Below are positions 1 to 11,296 of a DNA stretch of 64,000 bases, one piece after another. The first letter of the stretch is position 1. Each line of letters starts with the position of its first letter. The DNA lies in contig CM106586.1 of NCBI GenBank assembly GCA_048013815.1, forward strand, positions 8,494,001 to 8,558,000, in the 5' to 3' direction. The stretch comes from Setoptus koraiensis (taxonomy: Eukaryota > Animalia > Arthropoda). Position numbers and translations under genes: made by a program. The notes beneath the pieces are model-generated. The model did no database searches, was not told where the DNA came from, and saw only the letters and a program-made list of their open reading frames with translations.

Positions 1-121
1 ATGTTGCGGATGGATCAACAGTCGGGATGCGCATCGATTCTCTTCATCTTCGAAAGATAATTCGACCGACCACGAATATCGGGGCTTGCGAATATGGAGG
101 CGAATCGCGCCATCCTCGGCT

Positions 122-340
122 CCCGAAAAAGCCGAAAAATCCGAAAACATCCGAAAACATCCGAAGAAGCCGAAAACATCCAAAAAGGCCGAAAAGGTCG
201 AAAAGGCCGAAAAAGCAGAAAAATCCGAAAAAGCCGAAAAGGTCGAAAAGGTCGAAAAGGTCGAAAAGGCCGAAAAAGCCGAAAAATCCGAAAAAGCCGA
301 AAACATCCGAAAAAGCCGAAAAGGCCGAAAGGCCGGAAAA
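122..340. repeat. Degenerate 9-bp tandem repeat (consensus ~CCGAAAAAG)
   Basis: Over 20 imperfect ccgaaaaag/ccgaaaagg/ccgaaaaca units. The 9-nt period keeps all three + frames open, giving K/R/E-rich ORFs. Confidence 0.9.
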
Positions 341-1792
341 AGATTTCGAAAGCGGAAGCGACTTTTCTGGCCCGTTTCTTTCTTGGTTCTAGGCCTAGAG
401 CAGGTACTCATCGCTGAACTGCGTTGATTTAGGTGCAAAGTCGTGTGCGTCGTCTTGTCACCACTGGCCCGGCGCGTGTGAATTACACTGACTGAGAGTT
501 TTCAAGTTGCGATTCGCCACGCAAAATCGCTCGCGCGTTCGGGGCCCGAACTTCGAGCTCGAACAGAGATAATTGCTTATTCTCGGTTCTCATTATTGCC
601 AACTGGGGCACTAATGGAGATTGTTGCGCCCGAGTTCTCGTCACAACGGGGGCCATATGCTGACACGGTGAGTGCAAGCTCATCATTGGCCCCTGTTTGT
701 CGGAAGATGCTGCAGCCATCGTCGCATAGACTGCTGCTCATCCATCCGGGCAAGCTGCTGCCGACTTGAGGATGCTCAACTCACTCATGTCGGCGAAAGT
801 TCAATTCTTGATTATTTGGTTTGCATTTTGACAGCAGACAGTACGAGCGCGATAGAGTGCGACTCAACACAGGGCCCCAGTTGGAAAGGGCCGCCAGAGC
901 ACACTAGACTCTAGTGACTAGAGCCTCCGATCTAGAGGTGAGTTTATTTTCGGCACCAGGCAGTGGAGCGAGCGAGCGAGCCTGCGAGTCAGAGGTGAAT
1001 GAATGAATGATGAAAATTCGGCTCGTTGCTGGTGGGCGCCAGTGCAAAAAACCACGGGCCCCAGTGATGGATCTGGCGGCTCGCTGGCAGATTTGCGCTG
1101 CTTGCTGTGCATCGAGTCGCTGTTTGTGACTCGCTGTGCCAAGAAATAGGTGCAAATTGCAGATTGTCCCCCGCTCTTTCATAAACTGCTTTCACGCGCG
1201 GCCACTTGGAACTTGCAAGTTGCTCTTTGGGACTATTTCGGGTGCAACGTTCATTCGGGTGCGAGTGCCCCATTGCAGCGGCTCGCCGGCCCGTATAAGC
1301 GGCTGGCACCAAGCTGGCAGATTGCTGGCGGCAATGAATGATTGATGGGGGCGCCAGCCAACGCAAATTAGCGTTGGCGAGGCTCTTTTTCATTTGAAAG
1401 AAAATTTTCACACCAAAAATACACCGTGTAATTCACGCTGGCCGCATGCCGGGCCGCATGCCGGGTCGCATCGCGACTCGCGAGGCCACCCCCGAGGAGA
1501 CTCTCCATTGGAGAGACCAAGGCTTGGTCACCAAGCGGCGCTGTCGATGTTTGCCGGCATTTGATTTCTTGCGTCACACTTACCAACAGGCGGATCTTTC
1601 GCACAAAATTACACACATGATTTTGTGCTGGCAGCAGGCGCGACCTTTGCCATATTTGCCAGAATAATTGAGTATGCAAATGAGCGCGTTACTGGGGCCA
1701 CCGGCGCGTTCATTACACGCGTATCACAGGCCGGCGCGGGGCCGTTTTCGGAGCCATCAGCATAAATTAATCAGCACAAATTGGTCGGCACG

Positions 1793-1848
1793 AATTGATG
1801 GGCACAAATTGATGGGCACAAATTGATGGGCACAAATTGATGGGCACA
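1793..1848. repeat. 14-bp tandem repeat AATTGATGGGCACA x4
   Basis: Four exact consecutive copies. Confidence 0.95.
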
Positions 1849-1912
1849 AAATGGTTGGCGGATCTCGGGGGCGAAATTCGCGAGCAAAGAAGTGGCCGCT
1901 GTATTGGCCACT

Positions 1913-2011
1913 ATTACTTTACGTTATATTATTGTATCGTGGCGCCTCGCAATTTCGCGCGAGTAACCAATAGCCACGATACCACGATACAACAATATAA
2001 CGTAAAGTAAT
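1913..2011. repeat. 30-bp inverted repeat / long hairpin
   Basis: 1913-1942 (ATTACTTTACGTTATATTATTGTATCGTGG) pairs with 1982-2011 at 29 of 30 positions around a 39-nt loop. Confidence 0.85.
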
Positions 2012-2854
2012 GAAAATATTGCCCAGCGCGGGCCTGGTTCGGGCAAGCGTACCGTAATAGACATAAGGATACCCAAAGGTACTAATAGATATGATGATAC
2101 AGTTTATATGAATGGGTTGAGTTTAGATTTACATTTGCATAATAATAAGGAGCGCTTGTTTATCGGCTTGACAATGGTATAATGTGATATATTATGGCTG
2201 CTCGCGTTCAATTGATGCAACGAAAGGTGCAACGAAAACGCCGCTATTGTAACACTGCAAAACTAGCTGGCCGCTGGCCGTCAGTTGCGACCACCGCGGC
2301 ACTGGCTGTGCCCGTATTAATTACATCATCGTCGTTGGATTGGCGCCCGTTGTGATTTATGGGTGGCGCCACACACTTGGCCAATTCCAAGACATTGTTG
2401 AATTTCGTCGGTCGTCGGTTGGTTGAGCCGGCGAGCGCCGATCGATCGATTGCCGGCCCGCCTAACAGTGGATTGCCGGCCCGCCAACTCGGTGCGTTTG
2501 TTGCGGGCATGTTACGAATTGTATTAAATAGCTTCACGAATCGGCAGCAATTCAATCATCGTCTGTGGCCACCAATTGTGCCATCGACGTAATTTACATG
2601 TTGTGTGTCATATGGTGACATAATAATTGGGTCACTTTACAACTTTGTCATTTTCTGCGGTGCTGCTGGCATCGCAAATGCTGCACTCACTACCGCATTG
2701 CCGCATGCCAATGCGGCTACCGTGCGGCTACCGTGCGGCTAGATCGCAATGACCGTGTTGCTTGTCTCTCACTCTGACTAAACTGTCGGCCGCTCGCCAT
2801 TGCGGCGGCTGACACCGGGCGACGTCGGGCCAAGTCGGGTGACGCCCGCTGACG

Positions 2855-5800
2855 CTAGCTGACACCGAGCGGCCTAATTGAGGCGGGCGGACTTGTTGTT
2901 GTGAGCGCAATTATCGTCGATTGTTGCACCGGCTGCCCGGTCATTGTCGGCTGCCCGGTCATTGTCGGCTGCCCGGATATATCCGCAACGGGCTCGGTTG
3001 TCGCTTGCTGGGCGCCGTTGTCGCTGCTGGCGGCAGTTTCGGGCTCGGTGGTGGTCGCTGTTGGCTGCCGACTCGGCTCACAGTTGCTCGAGATCGTTTC
3101 GTCGTTGATTTCGGTGGCAAGCTGAGGCGCGCTGGGCGCCGCCACATGGTCCGCCGCCGGCTCTGGCTCTGCGTCCGGTGCGGCATCCAATCGGGCGTTG
3201 GGGGCGGCGCTCGGGCCGTCGCTCGACACACTCGACACAGCGCCCCCACTCACAAGTGGGCTGCCGATTGTTTGAGTGGCGCTGCCATTTGTTATTTTGG
3301 ACCAGCTCGCCAATGTTGTCACAATGGCCGGGCCGGGCCGCTCACTGGCCCGCTCTGTGGTGGTTGCCGTGGTTGTTGGCGTGGTGGTTGCCGCTGTTGG
3401 CGTGGTGGTTGGCATTGTTGTTGTCGGCGCTGTTGTCGTTGTCGGCGCTGTTGTCGTTGCTGCAAAAGTCAATCCATCTTGCTCTTGCTGGCGCTCGTCG
3501 TCGGCGCTGGTAAACGCCGACAATGATGCCGATGACGCAACATAATTATTTCTTGTATTATCTGGATTGTCATCTTTGCTTGTTTGGCCGTTGTTGCTGT
3601 TGCTGTTGCTGTTGTTGCTGCTGTTGCTGTTGTTGTTGCTGCTGTAGTTGCTGCTGCCTTTGCTGTTTGTGCCGTGGTTGCCGTTGTCGCCGCTGCCGCC
3701 GCTGCCGGCGGCTTCGGGCTCGCTCGTCGGTGGCCGCCGGTGCCCGTTGCGACGGGTCGCCACTCTATCATCGGCGATGGCATCATTGTTGTCGCCATAA
3801 TAGCTATTATTATTCTCGCCGGCCGCCGACCGTTGCCGAGCGTCATTCAAATTGTCGTTGTCGGCGCTGTCGTCGCCGTGATTGTCGCCGGAATAGCTCG
3901 CCGTCCTGCCGACCCGATGCATCTCGCCTTGGCTTTCGCCTCGCTCATCGTCGGCACCGGCCCGATTGTCGCCGACCGCCGGGCCGATATCCGCTGCCGA
4001 TGGCTGCTGCTGTCGTCGCTGATATCTGGCCGCCCCCACCGGCGCTATTCCGTTTGTGCCATATGCGGCACCCAGCAGCCCGATTTGGCTCTCATCATTG
4101 GTGCTATTTGCATCGGGCCGCTTCACAGCCGGCACCGGATAAACGCAGCCGGAATTTTGCGACTCGTAGCAAAATATGGACCGGTGTTTGTTTTCCGCCG
4201 CATCGAATACGGCGTCGTCGTCGTCGCCGTTGCTCCGGGCCGCCTGGTCCGAGTCGTGCGTCTTGATGACATTGACACCGCCGCTGTTGTGTATTATGCG
4301 CGTCCGGTGACCGTGCCCGTCCTTGGCGATGATCTCTATGACGCCGTCGAGCGGGCCCACCGCGGGCCGCTCCCACTCACCGCGGGCCGCACTCGGGCCG
4401 CCGCTGCTGGCCGGGCCGGCCCATTGTTGCCGCTCACCGCCCAACGCCATTGGCTGCTCGTCGGCGCTGGCCAACAGCGAGCCCGGCGCATCAGCGGGGC
4501 CCACATCGAGCCGGTGCTTCAGCGATCGGCCGTCGGTATCGTTTGCTGCAAACTTAACAGCGCCGCTGGCCGCCACGATGCGGTCCGAATCGGACCCGGC
4601 ATCGGGGCCCCAATCTCGCTGGTGAGAGGCGCCGTTTTTAATTTGCAATGTTTGCACTCTCGGCGGCGCTGTTTGTTTTGGAGTCGCCATCGACGGGCCG
4701 GCCGGCTGAATGGTGAGCGACGCCGAAGTGGAGGCCGCATTCTGATCCAGGTCTTGATTGCTGGCCGAGTTGCTGTTGTTGTCAGCGGGCGCATCCTGCT
4801 CGCCGTCGTTTGGGGCCCCACTTGTGTCCGGCTCGTTGTCTGGCTGCTGCTGTTGCTGCTGGCCCCTCAATCTGTTTCTTTTGTCCAGGAGGGCGCGTCG
4901 TCTTGAGGGGCGCAATCTCGAGTGCCGCTGGCCGCTCGATGGGCCGCCAGCGGCCGATTCGGGGCGCCACTTCTCGGAATTGGCCGACGCGGCACTGGAG
5001 GAGTTTTCAGAGTTTTCAAAATTGTCCGCTGCGGAGTCGTTTTTCGGCTCAAACTGTCCGCCGCCGTCCGTGCCAGAATTGTCGAAAATCTCTTTGGAGT
5101 ACTTATCTGTGTCCTCGTCGGTGTCTCGCTTGAGGGCATCGAGAAACTGCTTGTGATTGCCCTCGTTGTCGTCGTCGTTGGACGGGCCGGCGTCCGCAAC
5201 CGGCTTGCCGTGGCCACTGTCGGCGCGCCGTTGCGCGTCCGCCGCCTGGTCCGCGCCGGCCCCGCCGTCCCGGTCCGGGTGGCGCCTCGAGCTGTACGCC
5301 TCCACCGATGTGCTGCCGCTCGGCCTGATTTGTTTGCCATAGAAATTGTCGTCGTTAAACTCCTGCTCGTCGGATCCGTCCTCGAAACTGTCCGTCATCA
5401 TCATTTTCGCCTTTCGGTCAGCGCCACTCGGGGCCGCCGCCTGCTGCTGCTGGGTCCGGTTGTGAGCCGCGTCGCCGTCCCGCAGTAGGCGGCCGGCCCG
5501 GCGCTTCTTGGCGCCCTGCTCGAGTTGTTGCTGCTGCTGTTGGTCCGAGTTGGCCGTATCAAAGTCGCCGCTTTCGCCCAGCGAGAAGCGCTGATTGTTG
5601 GCGGCAACCGCGTACGGGTTTCGCGCCCGAAACTGCCGCCCCCCGGCCTGCTGATGGTCGTGAGGCCGATGATTGGTTGCGGCATGCTGGCGCGCATAGT
5701 TGTCGCCCATTGGCCCATAATGATGCTGATTCACGTTGCGCCGGTACAGCGGCCCGTTGCCGGTGCTCGGTGCCGCACCGCCTGGCGCGGCGCTCACGTG

Positions 5801-8800
5801 GCGCCTCCTCGGGCCGCTGTCGAGCGCGCTCGGCGCTCTGCGCTGCTGCTGCTGCTGCCGAGGCACCATGTAATTGTCTGCTGCAGCTTCCGGTTGGCCA
5901 GCTCCCACGCCGGGCCGGTTGAATCGGCCGGCCGGGACATTGGCGCCCATGTTGGCCTTGAGCAGCTTGTTCAAGAATTTGCCCAGCGGTGGAGCGGCCT
6001 GGATAATGGTGGTGTTGTAATTAGATAAATTAGGAATTTGGTTGTTTGGGCGAGTCGGGTTCATACTATGTACGGGCTCCGCGCTACTGACCGTTGGTGA
6101 CGCCCCCGCGATGCTGCTGCTGCTGTTGTTTCTGTTGTTGGCCGTTGGCGAGTCTTGGCGCTGCTGCTGCTGATTGGCGGACGCATCTTTGTCACTGTTG
6201 TTGTTTTGGGGCCCCGCCTGGTGGCGGGCACCCGGCGGCTGGCCCGGTTGGTGCGGGCCGCCCGCCCCGCCCGGCAAGAAGGCGCTATTGACGTTGGAGG
6301 CGAGCCCGTGATTGTAGGATAGCCGGTAGATGGAGTCCGAGAGCGAGTTGTCCAGTCCGGCGCTGTTCAGATTGACCTTGTGCCCGTTTAGCAGCGCCTT
6401 CTTTCGCGATTCCTCGATCAGGTCGTGCAACAGGGTGCGGCTGCTGTCCGAGCCCGCCACGCTCATGCGGCGGTCGAGCGCGGCCAGCAGGAGGGCGTGT
6501 AGCGGCACCCGGATGGCGTCCTCGTGAAACTGGACCGGTTTGCTGTTGGACCGTTTGGCGCCGCTGGCGCGCTTACTGTTGCTCTTGTTGTTGTTGGAGC
6601 TCTTTTTTCGCTGCGTAGACACCGAAGATTCTTTCACCTGTTCGTCGTCGTTGTCGCCCGTGTCGCTAGTGTCGCCACTGTTGTCACTGTCGGCGCCACT
6701 GTCGGTGTCGTCGTCACTTCCGGTTTGGTCTGTCTTGCTGTTGCTGTGCTTCTTTTTGCCACCACCATTGTCACTCTTGTTGTCCGAATCGCCACTGTCG
6801 TCGCCACTGTCGCCACCATTGTGTTCGGCCGCCTTGTTCGACTTGTTGAGGCGCTTCAATTCCTTGATCAGCTGATCGATGCGATCGTCGCTGCTGCTGG
6901 CCTGCTGCTGCTGCTGCTTTGAATCGGACTGCTCGGCGTGCTGCCGACTTCCGGCCCGGTTGTTCTTGATCGCCTGATTGATGGAGTCGGGAAATTTGTT
7001 GTTGCCGCCGGCAGACGGGCCGGATTTGAAGCGCCCGTCGTCCTGCTGCAGCTCGGCCTGCTCCTTGCCATTGTCGGCTGCCAGCTGCTGCATGAAGGCC
7101 TCGTTGAGCTGATCCTCGAACTTGGCGCCGGGCCGCCGACCGAACCCGGCCTGCCGATGCTCGGCCCCCAGTTCGTGCTCGCCGAGCGACCCGATGATGC
7201 GCTCGTGACGCACGTACATGGGCGTGCCGCCCGACTGACCGGCGCCGCCGCCGTTCTCTATAAAGTCTACCTTGTCCTTCACATGAATGGCCTGTGCGCC
7301 CGTCGCGCCCCCGCCCGCCCCCACCTGCCCAATGGGTATCAGGCGGGTCTTTTTGCCCTTGTTGCGGCTCTCGTCGGTGTCGGACTCATCGACGCTAGTG
7401 TAATACGACTGGTCATAGTCGACCTGTTCATCCTCGTCGGGCGTCTGCTGTTGCGCCCGAAAGCGGGCCGTATAGCGCCCGTTCACCACGGGCCTCGATT
7501 CGCCAAAGTCCACCGTGGTCACCGTGGGCCCGTCGTGCTCCACGGTCGTTATCAAGCTCGTGCCCGGTCCGAGCTGATCGACCGCGCCGGTTCCCGACGC
7601 GGACCACATTTGGGCGGCGTTTTGCAACAGGCTGGCCAATTGTAGATTGTTGGTGCCCGACTGCAGCAAATTTTGATTGCTTATGCTGTGCTGATCGTGG
7701 CCCTTGGCCTGCTGCTGCTGCTGTTGTTGCTGTTGCTGGCGCTGATTGTTGTGTTGGCTCACCTGTCCGCCAGGGGGCTGATCGTCGTCGGTGTCGTCGA
7801 GCACCGACTTGAGATCGTTGACGGCCGACTTGCGGATTGTCAGGTGATTTGTCTCGCCAACGGTCGATATGGTGGTTGTCTGATCGTTGTTGTGCTTGTT
7901 GTTGCCGTTGCCGTTGCCGTTACCCGATTGCTGGCCCCGAGCGGCCTGTTGGCCGGAGCCCGACTGATGGGCGCCGCTGGCCGGGTCGTCGAACAGCACC
8001 CCGTTGTGATGCGAGGTGGACATTAGCGGATTCTGATTAAAGTCTAGCGTGTGAAACGCCTGCAAATGGGTCTGTTGCTGATTGAGGCCCGACGCTTGGT
8101 TGCTCGCTCCCGGCTGCGGATGCTCAAATTCCACCACCAGGGGCGGCAGGCCCATGGGCTGCGGCAACGTTGGCACGGCGCCCGCCAAATGCGGACCCGC
8201 TATCAGGTGCACAAAGTGCGGATTGTTGGGCGCGGCAAACAATTGGCCCATTTGCTGCGATTGCGACAGCTGATTGGGGCCCGCGTAGGTGGGCATCATT
8301 AGATTGCGGTGGTTGATTGCTTGGTTGGCGGCGCTGTTGGCGTTCATGCTCATTGCGATCTCATTCGGGTAATTGGGCCCGGCCATGAATGCGGGGGCCT
8401 GTTTGCCGTTGAGCAGATCGACCCGCTTCGAGCGGGTCAACAGAAACGACAGCGCCTTCTTGCCGGGCAAAAAGCTCAATTTGCCGGCCCGCTTCTGGTC
8501 GGCCGCTTTCGAGCCGCCCCCCAATGCCGCCTGATTGCCGACCGACGAGTGCCCGTTGGCGCCGCCCGGCGCCCGAAACTGGCCCCCGCCCAAAAATTTG
8601 ACGCCCGTCAGTTTGGCGCCCGCTGCTGGCGCGTCGCCGCTGCCCCGCCTCGATATGGTCTTGGCGTGGTCGGCGTCGGCCGGGGCACCGTCCAGCTGAG
8701 CGGGCTTGTTCTTGTTGGCGCTGCTGTGATGAAATCTGACAAAGGGCAGCGTGGCGCTGCTGTCATAGTTTTGGTTGTTGTCGATGAGCGAGTGATTGAC

Positions 8801-9799
8801 TATGAGTCGCGCACCCGACGACGTCGACGAGCCGCCCGGAAACGCCGATGAGGCCGATTTGGGCGGGCCGGATTGCGGACTGGCCGTGTCGTTGGCGCTC
8901 TCACTGGATTGCTGGCCCTCGTGCTGGCTGGCCGGCGGTGAATTGGCGGCGTTTGCCGGAAAATCGGCGCCACTGCCGCTGCTGTTGTTGTGATTGTCCG
9001 GCGAGACGCTCAGCAGAGTGTGTTGCGAGGCCAGGGTGCCGTTGTTGACCAGCGATGCGTATTTATCCTCGTCCGTGAGATTGTAAATAGTTGTGTTGTG
9101 ATCGTCACTGTCGCCGATTGATGACCCATGTTTGTCGCTGCCACTATCCATGTGTGGATAGTGGTCGAGTTTGTTTGTCATGATGGTTGTTGCGGTTGCA
9201 TTATTGAGAACTTGATTGCTGTCCATGTCTTGCTGCTGCTGCTGCGGCGCCTCATTAGCGCTGTCCGCCCACGCCAATTGCTGCGTCCAAACCGACAGCG
9301 CAACATAGACATAGATGCACAGCAACGGAGGGCACAAATTCCGACATTTGCTCCCATTTTTACAGGTGAGCCCCATTGTTTGGGGCCGCGCGAGCATTCT
9401 CTCGTCTCTTCTGCGACATTCGGTGATTTCCGCCAGTTGTAATTCACTGTCGAAACTGTTATCCGGATTGCCGAAATTATTGTGCGTATTGTCGAAATTA
9501 TCATTCGAATTGTCGAAATTATTGTGCGCATTGTCGGCTTTATCTCTAGTGTTGGAATGACCTATGACGCAAGAGGTGACGCTCACATGTGATTTATTTG
9601 GCAATTTTTGTCGTTGGTGTGCTGACTGTTCAAACTGTGGTGCGCGGCTAGAAGCGCCGACTTTGTTGGCTTCGGCCGGGCGATGCGGGCGATTCTGGCC
9701 ATTCGAGCGATTATTGGATGGCGAGCCATCGCAAGTTGTGACTCGGCGATTAAATTGATTGGTCAAATGTAGTTTGATGCTGCGTTGCTGTCTGTTCAT
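2855..9799 (-). CDS. Very large secreted low-complexity (Q/N/S/G/D-rich) protein with Thr/Pro-rich mucin-like C-terminus; function unknown
   Basis: Uninterrupted 2314-codon ORF. The ATG at 9376 (MGLTCK...LLCIYVYVALSVWTQQLAWA-DS) is followed by a signal-peptide-like hydrophobic stretch, so it is the likelier start. Poly-Q/poly-N tracts, NxS/T sequons, basic RxKR/KKRR sites and no C-terminal TM segment. No domain recognised. Confidence 0.85.
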   Translation of the reverse strand: MNRQQRSIKLHLTNQFNRRVTTCDGSPSNNRSNGQNRPHRPAEANKVGASSRAPQFEQSAHQRQKLPNKSHVSVTSCVIGHSNTRDKADNAHNNFDNSNDNFDNTHNNFGNPDNSFDSELQLAEITECRRRDERMLARPQTMGLTCKNGSKCRNLCPPLLCIYVYVALSVWTQQLAWADSANEAPQQQQQDMDSNQVLNNATATTIMTNKLDHYPHMDSGSDKHGSSIGDSDDHNTTIYNLTDEDKYASLVNNGTLASQHTLLSVSPDNHNNSSGSGADFPANAANSPPASQHEGQQSSESANDTASPQSGPPKSASSAFPGGSSTSSGARLIVNHSLIDNNQNYDSSATLPFVRFHHSSANKNKPAQLDGAPADADHAKTISRRGSGDAPAAGAKLTGVKFLGGGQFRAPGGANGHSSVGNQAALGGGSKAADQKRAGKLSFLPGKKALSFLLTRSKRVDLLNGKQAPAFMAGPNYPNEIAMSMNANSAANQAINHRNLMMPTYAGPNQLSQSQQMGQLFAAPNNPHFVHLIAGPHLAGAVPTLPQPMGLPPLVVEFEHPQPGASNQASGLNQQQTHLQAFHTLDFNQNPLMSTSHHNGVLFDDPASGAHQSGSGQQAARGQQSGNGNGNGNNKHNNDQTTTISTVGETNHLTIRKSAVNDLKSVLDDTDDDQPPGGQVSQHNNQRQQQQQQQQQQAKGHDQHSISNQNLLQSGTNNLQLASLLQNAAQMWSASGTGAVDQLGPGTSLITTVEHDGPTVTTVDFGESRPVVNGRYTARFRAQQQTPDEDEQVDYDQSYYTSVDESDTDESRNKGKKTRLIPIGQVGAGGGATGAQAIHVKDKVDFIENGGGAGQSGGTPMYVRHERIIGSLGEHELGAEHRQAGFGRRPGAKFEDQLNEAFMQQLAADNGKEQAELQQDDGRFKSGPSAGGNNKFPDSINQAIKNNRAGSRQHAEQSDSKQQQQQASSSDDRIDQLIKELKRLNKSNKAAEHNGGDSGDDSGDSDNKSDNGGGKKKHSNSKTDQTGSDDDTDSGADSDNSGDTSDTGDNDDEQVKESSVSTQRKKSSNNNKSNSKRASGAKRSNSKPVQFHEDAIRVPLHALLLAALDRRMSVAGSDSSRTLLHDLIEESRKKALLNGHKVNLNSAGLDNSLSDSIYRLSYNHGLASNVNSAFLPGGAGGPHQPGQPPGARHQAGPQNNNSDKDASANQQQQRQDSPTANNRNNSSSSIAGASPTVSSAEPVHSMNPTRPNNQIPNLSNYNTTIIQAAPPLGKFLNKLLKANMGANVPAGRFNRPGVGAGQPEAAADNYMVPRQQQQQRRAPSALDSGPRRRHVSAAPGGAAPSTGNGPLYRRNVNQHHYGPMGDNYARQHAATNHRPHDHQQAGGRQFRARNPYAVAANNQRFSLGESGDFDTANSDQQQQQQLEQGAKKRRAGRLLRDGDAAHNRTQQQQAAAPSGADRKAKMMMTDSFEDGSDEQEFNDDNFYGKQIRPSGSTSVEAYSSRRHPDRDGGAGADQAADAQRRADSGHGKPVADAGPSNDDDNEGNHKQFLDALKRDTDEDTDKYSKEIFDNSGTDGGGQFEPKNDSAADNFENSENSSSAASANSEKWRPESAAGGPSSGQRHSRLRPSRRRALLDKRNRLRGQQQQQQPDNEPDTSGAPNDGEQDAPADNNSNSASNQDLDQNAASTSASLTIQPAGPSMATPKQTAPPRVQTLQIKNGASHQRDWGPDAGSDSDRIVAASGAVKFAANDTDGRSLKHRLDVGPADAPGSLLASADEQPMALGGERQQWAGPASSGGPSAARGEWERPAVGPLDGVIEIIAKDGHGHRTRIIHNSGGVNVIKTHDSDQAARSNGDDDDAVFDAAENKHRSIFCYESQNSGCVYPVPAVKRPDANSTNDESQIGLLGAAYGTNGIAPVGAARYQRRQQQPSAADIGPAVGDNRAGADDERGESQGEMHRVGRTASYSGDNHGDDSADNDNLNDARQRSAAGENNNSYYGDNNDAIADDRVATRRNGHRRPPTSEPEAAGSGGSGDNGNHGTNSKGSSNYSSNNNSNSSNNSNSNSNNGQTSKDDNPDNTRNNYVASSASLSAFTSADDERQQEQDGLTFAATTTAPTTTTAPTTTMPTTTPTAATTTPTTTATTTERASERPGPAIVTTLASWSKITNGSATQTIGSPLVSGGAVSSVSSDGPSAAPNARLDAAPDAEPEPAADHVAAPSAPQLATEINDETISSNCEPSRQPTATTTEPETAASSDNGAQQATTEPVADISGQPTMTGQPTMTGQPVQQSTIIALTTTSPPASIRPLGVS

Positions 9800-11212
9800 T
9801 GCGACCCGATCAATTCAATTGGCCGGCGCATCGGCGAATCAGTGCTCGTCGCAACTTGCAGTCAATGTGTGCTGACAACGATGACAAGATATTGACAATG
9901 ATTAACGAGATATTAACAGTATATAAATAGATGGATGTGGTGCGGCATTTTGTGAAATATTCGTTTTGTGTATTTGCAAAAGTTGATTGTTGATGGTTTG
10001 TTTGTGGTTGGTGTCGCACACTTGTTGATCAACTCGATAAACTGGTAACACTGCTAGCTTGATCAACTGTTAACTGTCGCTATGTTACAATAATTAGATT
10101 ACAATTATAATTAAAATGCAGCCGATAATTAGATTAGAGCGGGCAATTAGAATAGTGATGCCAATGGGAGAGTCACTATCAAAAGTTAAATCATGTCGCG
10201 AAACGCCAACAATGAAACAACCAAACAAAATACAATCGTTGGTTTGCACAACAAACTGCCAAAACTGCAATATAATCGCCAGCGGCGTCTAGCGTCAGCC
10301 TGACTCGGCCATCAAGCTCACTGGCTGACACATACGCTGACATATCCTGAGCCTGACAGGTATATGACAGCTATCGACAGCTGGTACGCCTAGCTCAAAG
10401 GGTGTTATTGTCTCAGATTGTGACAGACAAACAAAGGCAATTGGAAAGTTTGTTGATAGATTGCGTAATGCTGTACAGCCGGCGAGACAGCTACACACAC
10501 CTGTTCATGTGTGACAAGAGCTTGTGATTGTTGCTGGCGTAACTGTTGTTGTTGTTGTTGTTGCGTTCGTTCATCACAACGTCTCACAAGATGCCCATTG
10601 CGCAACACATTCACTCGTTTGTTGACATCCTGACTACACACGTCTGACGTTGTAAGGGCAGATGAGCCGAGTTACGTAACACACACACACACACAGTGGT
10701 TATGTTACATAACTTATGTAACAGTGCAGTTATGTAATTACTTATATCATCTAACAAGTTAGATGAGAGCCATTCAACGGCGTTGGCGTTGCCAGATCAT
10801 CGATCGTGTGAAGTGACTTTATGATTTATATTTGTTGTTGTGTCTGAAGCAGTTGCCGTTGCATCAATGAATCGGTTGTCGTTGTTGTTGGTTTTGTTTT
10901 CGGGTTAAAACCTCATCGCATCGCTGAAAAATATGGGCCGCCAAACACAACAATGCTCCGACAAGCGGCACCTATTCCCATACCGCATTCTCTGCTCTCT
11001 GCTCTCTCTCTCTCTCCGTCCTCGGCAAACAAACAAACCCAGCGCACTGACCAATTTCTAATCTCGGCTTCACATTGGTGTGCGGCGTTCCAACGCCGCG
11101 CCAATTCGACACCGAGATCCAGAACGAAGGTCACCGAGCTCCACTGATCATGCATTGCGTCATGCTGTTGCCTCATGCTGTCGCATAGTCCAGTGGGCGG
11201 CCGGCCGGCTGA

Positions 11213-11296
11213 TGATGCAACATCAAATGTGATGCAACTTCAAATGTGTGATGCAACATCAAATGTGACTCAATATCAAATGTGTGATGCAACATG
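11213..11296. repeat. Degenerate ~18-20-bp tandem repeat (GATGCAACATCAAATGT(GT))
   Basis: About five imperfect copies. Confidence 0.75.

Noticed and set aside
27-427. K/R-rich, histone-H1-like ORFs in three frames
   Set aside because: All three arise from the 9-bp repeat and no domain is present. A minus-strand peptide at 1-119 (AEDGAIRLHIRKPRYSWSVELSF...) might be an exon, but its acceptor (GAG) is weak and I cannot identify it.
2168-2183. TTGACA...TATAAT sigma70-like boxes
   Set aside because: The spacer is 4 nt rather than ~17, and the context is eukaryotic.
3523-8851. Long + strand ORFs (e.g. 3584-4906, 4922-5488, 6938-7645)
   Set aside because: They are antisense shadows of the GC-rich low-complexity giant gene, with hydrophobic V/A/L runs mirroring its polar repeats.
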